DNA of 64,000 nucleotides from Planctomycetota bacterium (GTDB lineage Bacteria; Planctomycetota; Phycisphaerae; Phycisphaerales; UBA1924): NCBI GenBank assembly GCA_024276195.1, contig JAJRXR010000031.1, positions 4,473 to 68,472 of the forward strand, read 5' to 3'. Shown piece by piece: positions 63,982 to 64,000 of this stretch (position 1 is its first letter; each line of letters starts with the position of its first letter). The notes under the pieces were generated by a model. It saw only the letters and a program-made list of their open reading frames with translations, ran no database searches and was not told where the DNA came from. The position numbers and the translations under genes were made by a program.

Positions 63982-64000
63982 TGCGATCGCGGGCCATGAC

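Overview
This is a clearly high-G+C bacterial chromosomal segment. GC3 bias is strong enough that the antisense strand of almost every gene carries a long spurious ORF. PEP-CTERM and GC-ending dockerin-like anchors, REP-like palindromes and a compact T2SS operon suggest a planctomycete/Phycisphaerae-like host, but that is inference only. Positions 1-33 kb are mostly housekeeping: scoA and scoB (split by a ~4 kb feoAB-containing insert), a GME-superfamily amidinotransferase, an M19 dipeptidase carrying in-frame REP palindromes, an M48 peptidase, ubiE, a B12-binding protein, an ECF sigma/anti-sigma pair, typA, rplU, three tandem TPR-sulfotransferases, a Rieske oxygenase, apaG, tag, rluA- and trmH-family enzymes, an HD hydrolase and an RRM protein. 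Positions ~33-58 kb are accessory. They hold a beta-helix surface protein flanked by 152-nt direct repeats of a SnoaL-like gene 5' end, then a visibly lower-G+C defence island. The island contains a 1,439-aa nuclease-STAND NTPase with an unassigned C-terminal half, followed by a SIR2-HerA pair. Next comes a plasmid-like module (XRE regulator, RHH/ParA partition pair, iteron-like array, Rep-like protein). After that is a ~2,490-codon RHS polymorphic toxin reading frame interrupted by a single in-frame TGA, with a low-G+C C-terminal toxin tip, two tiny candidate immunity ORFs and a transposase remnant. Positions 58-64 kb encode gspD-E-F-G plus a minor pseudopilin. I found no rRNA, intact tRNA or CRISPR array. 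The nuclease-STAND gene and its association with SIR2-HerA are the best candidate for something not yet described. All family calls come from motifs read by eye and need HMM or structure confirmation.
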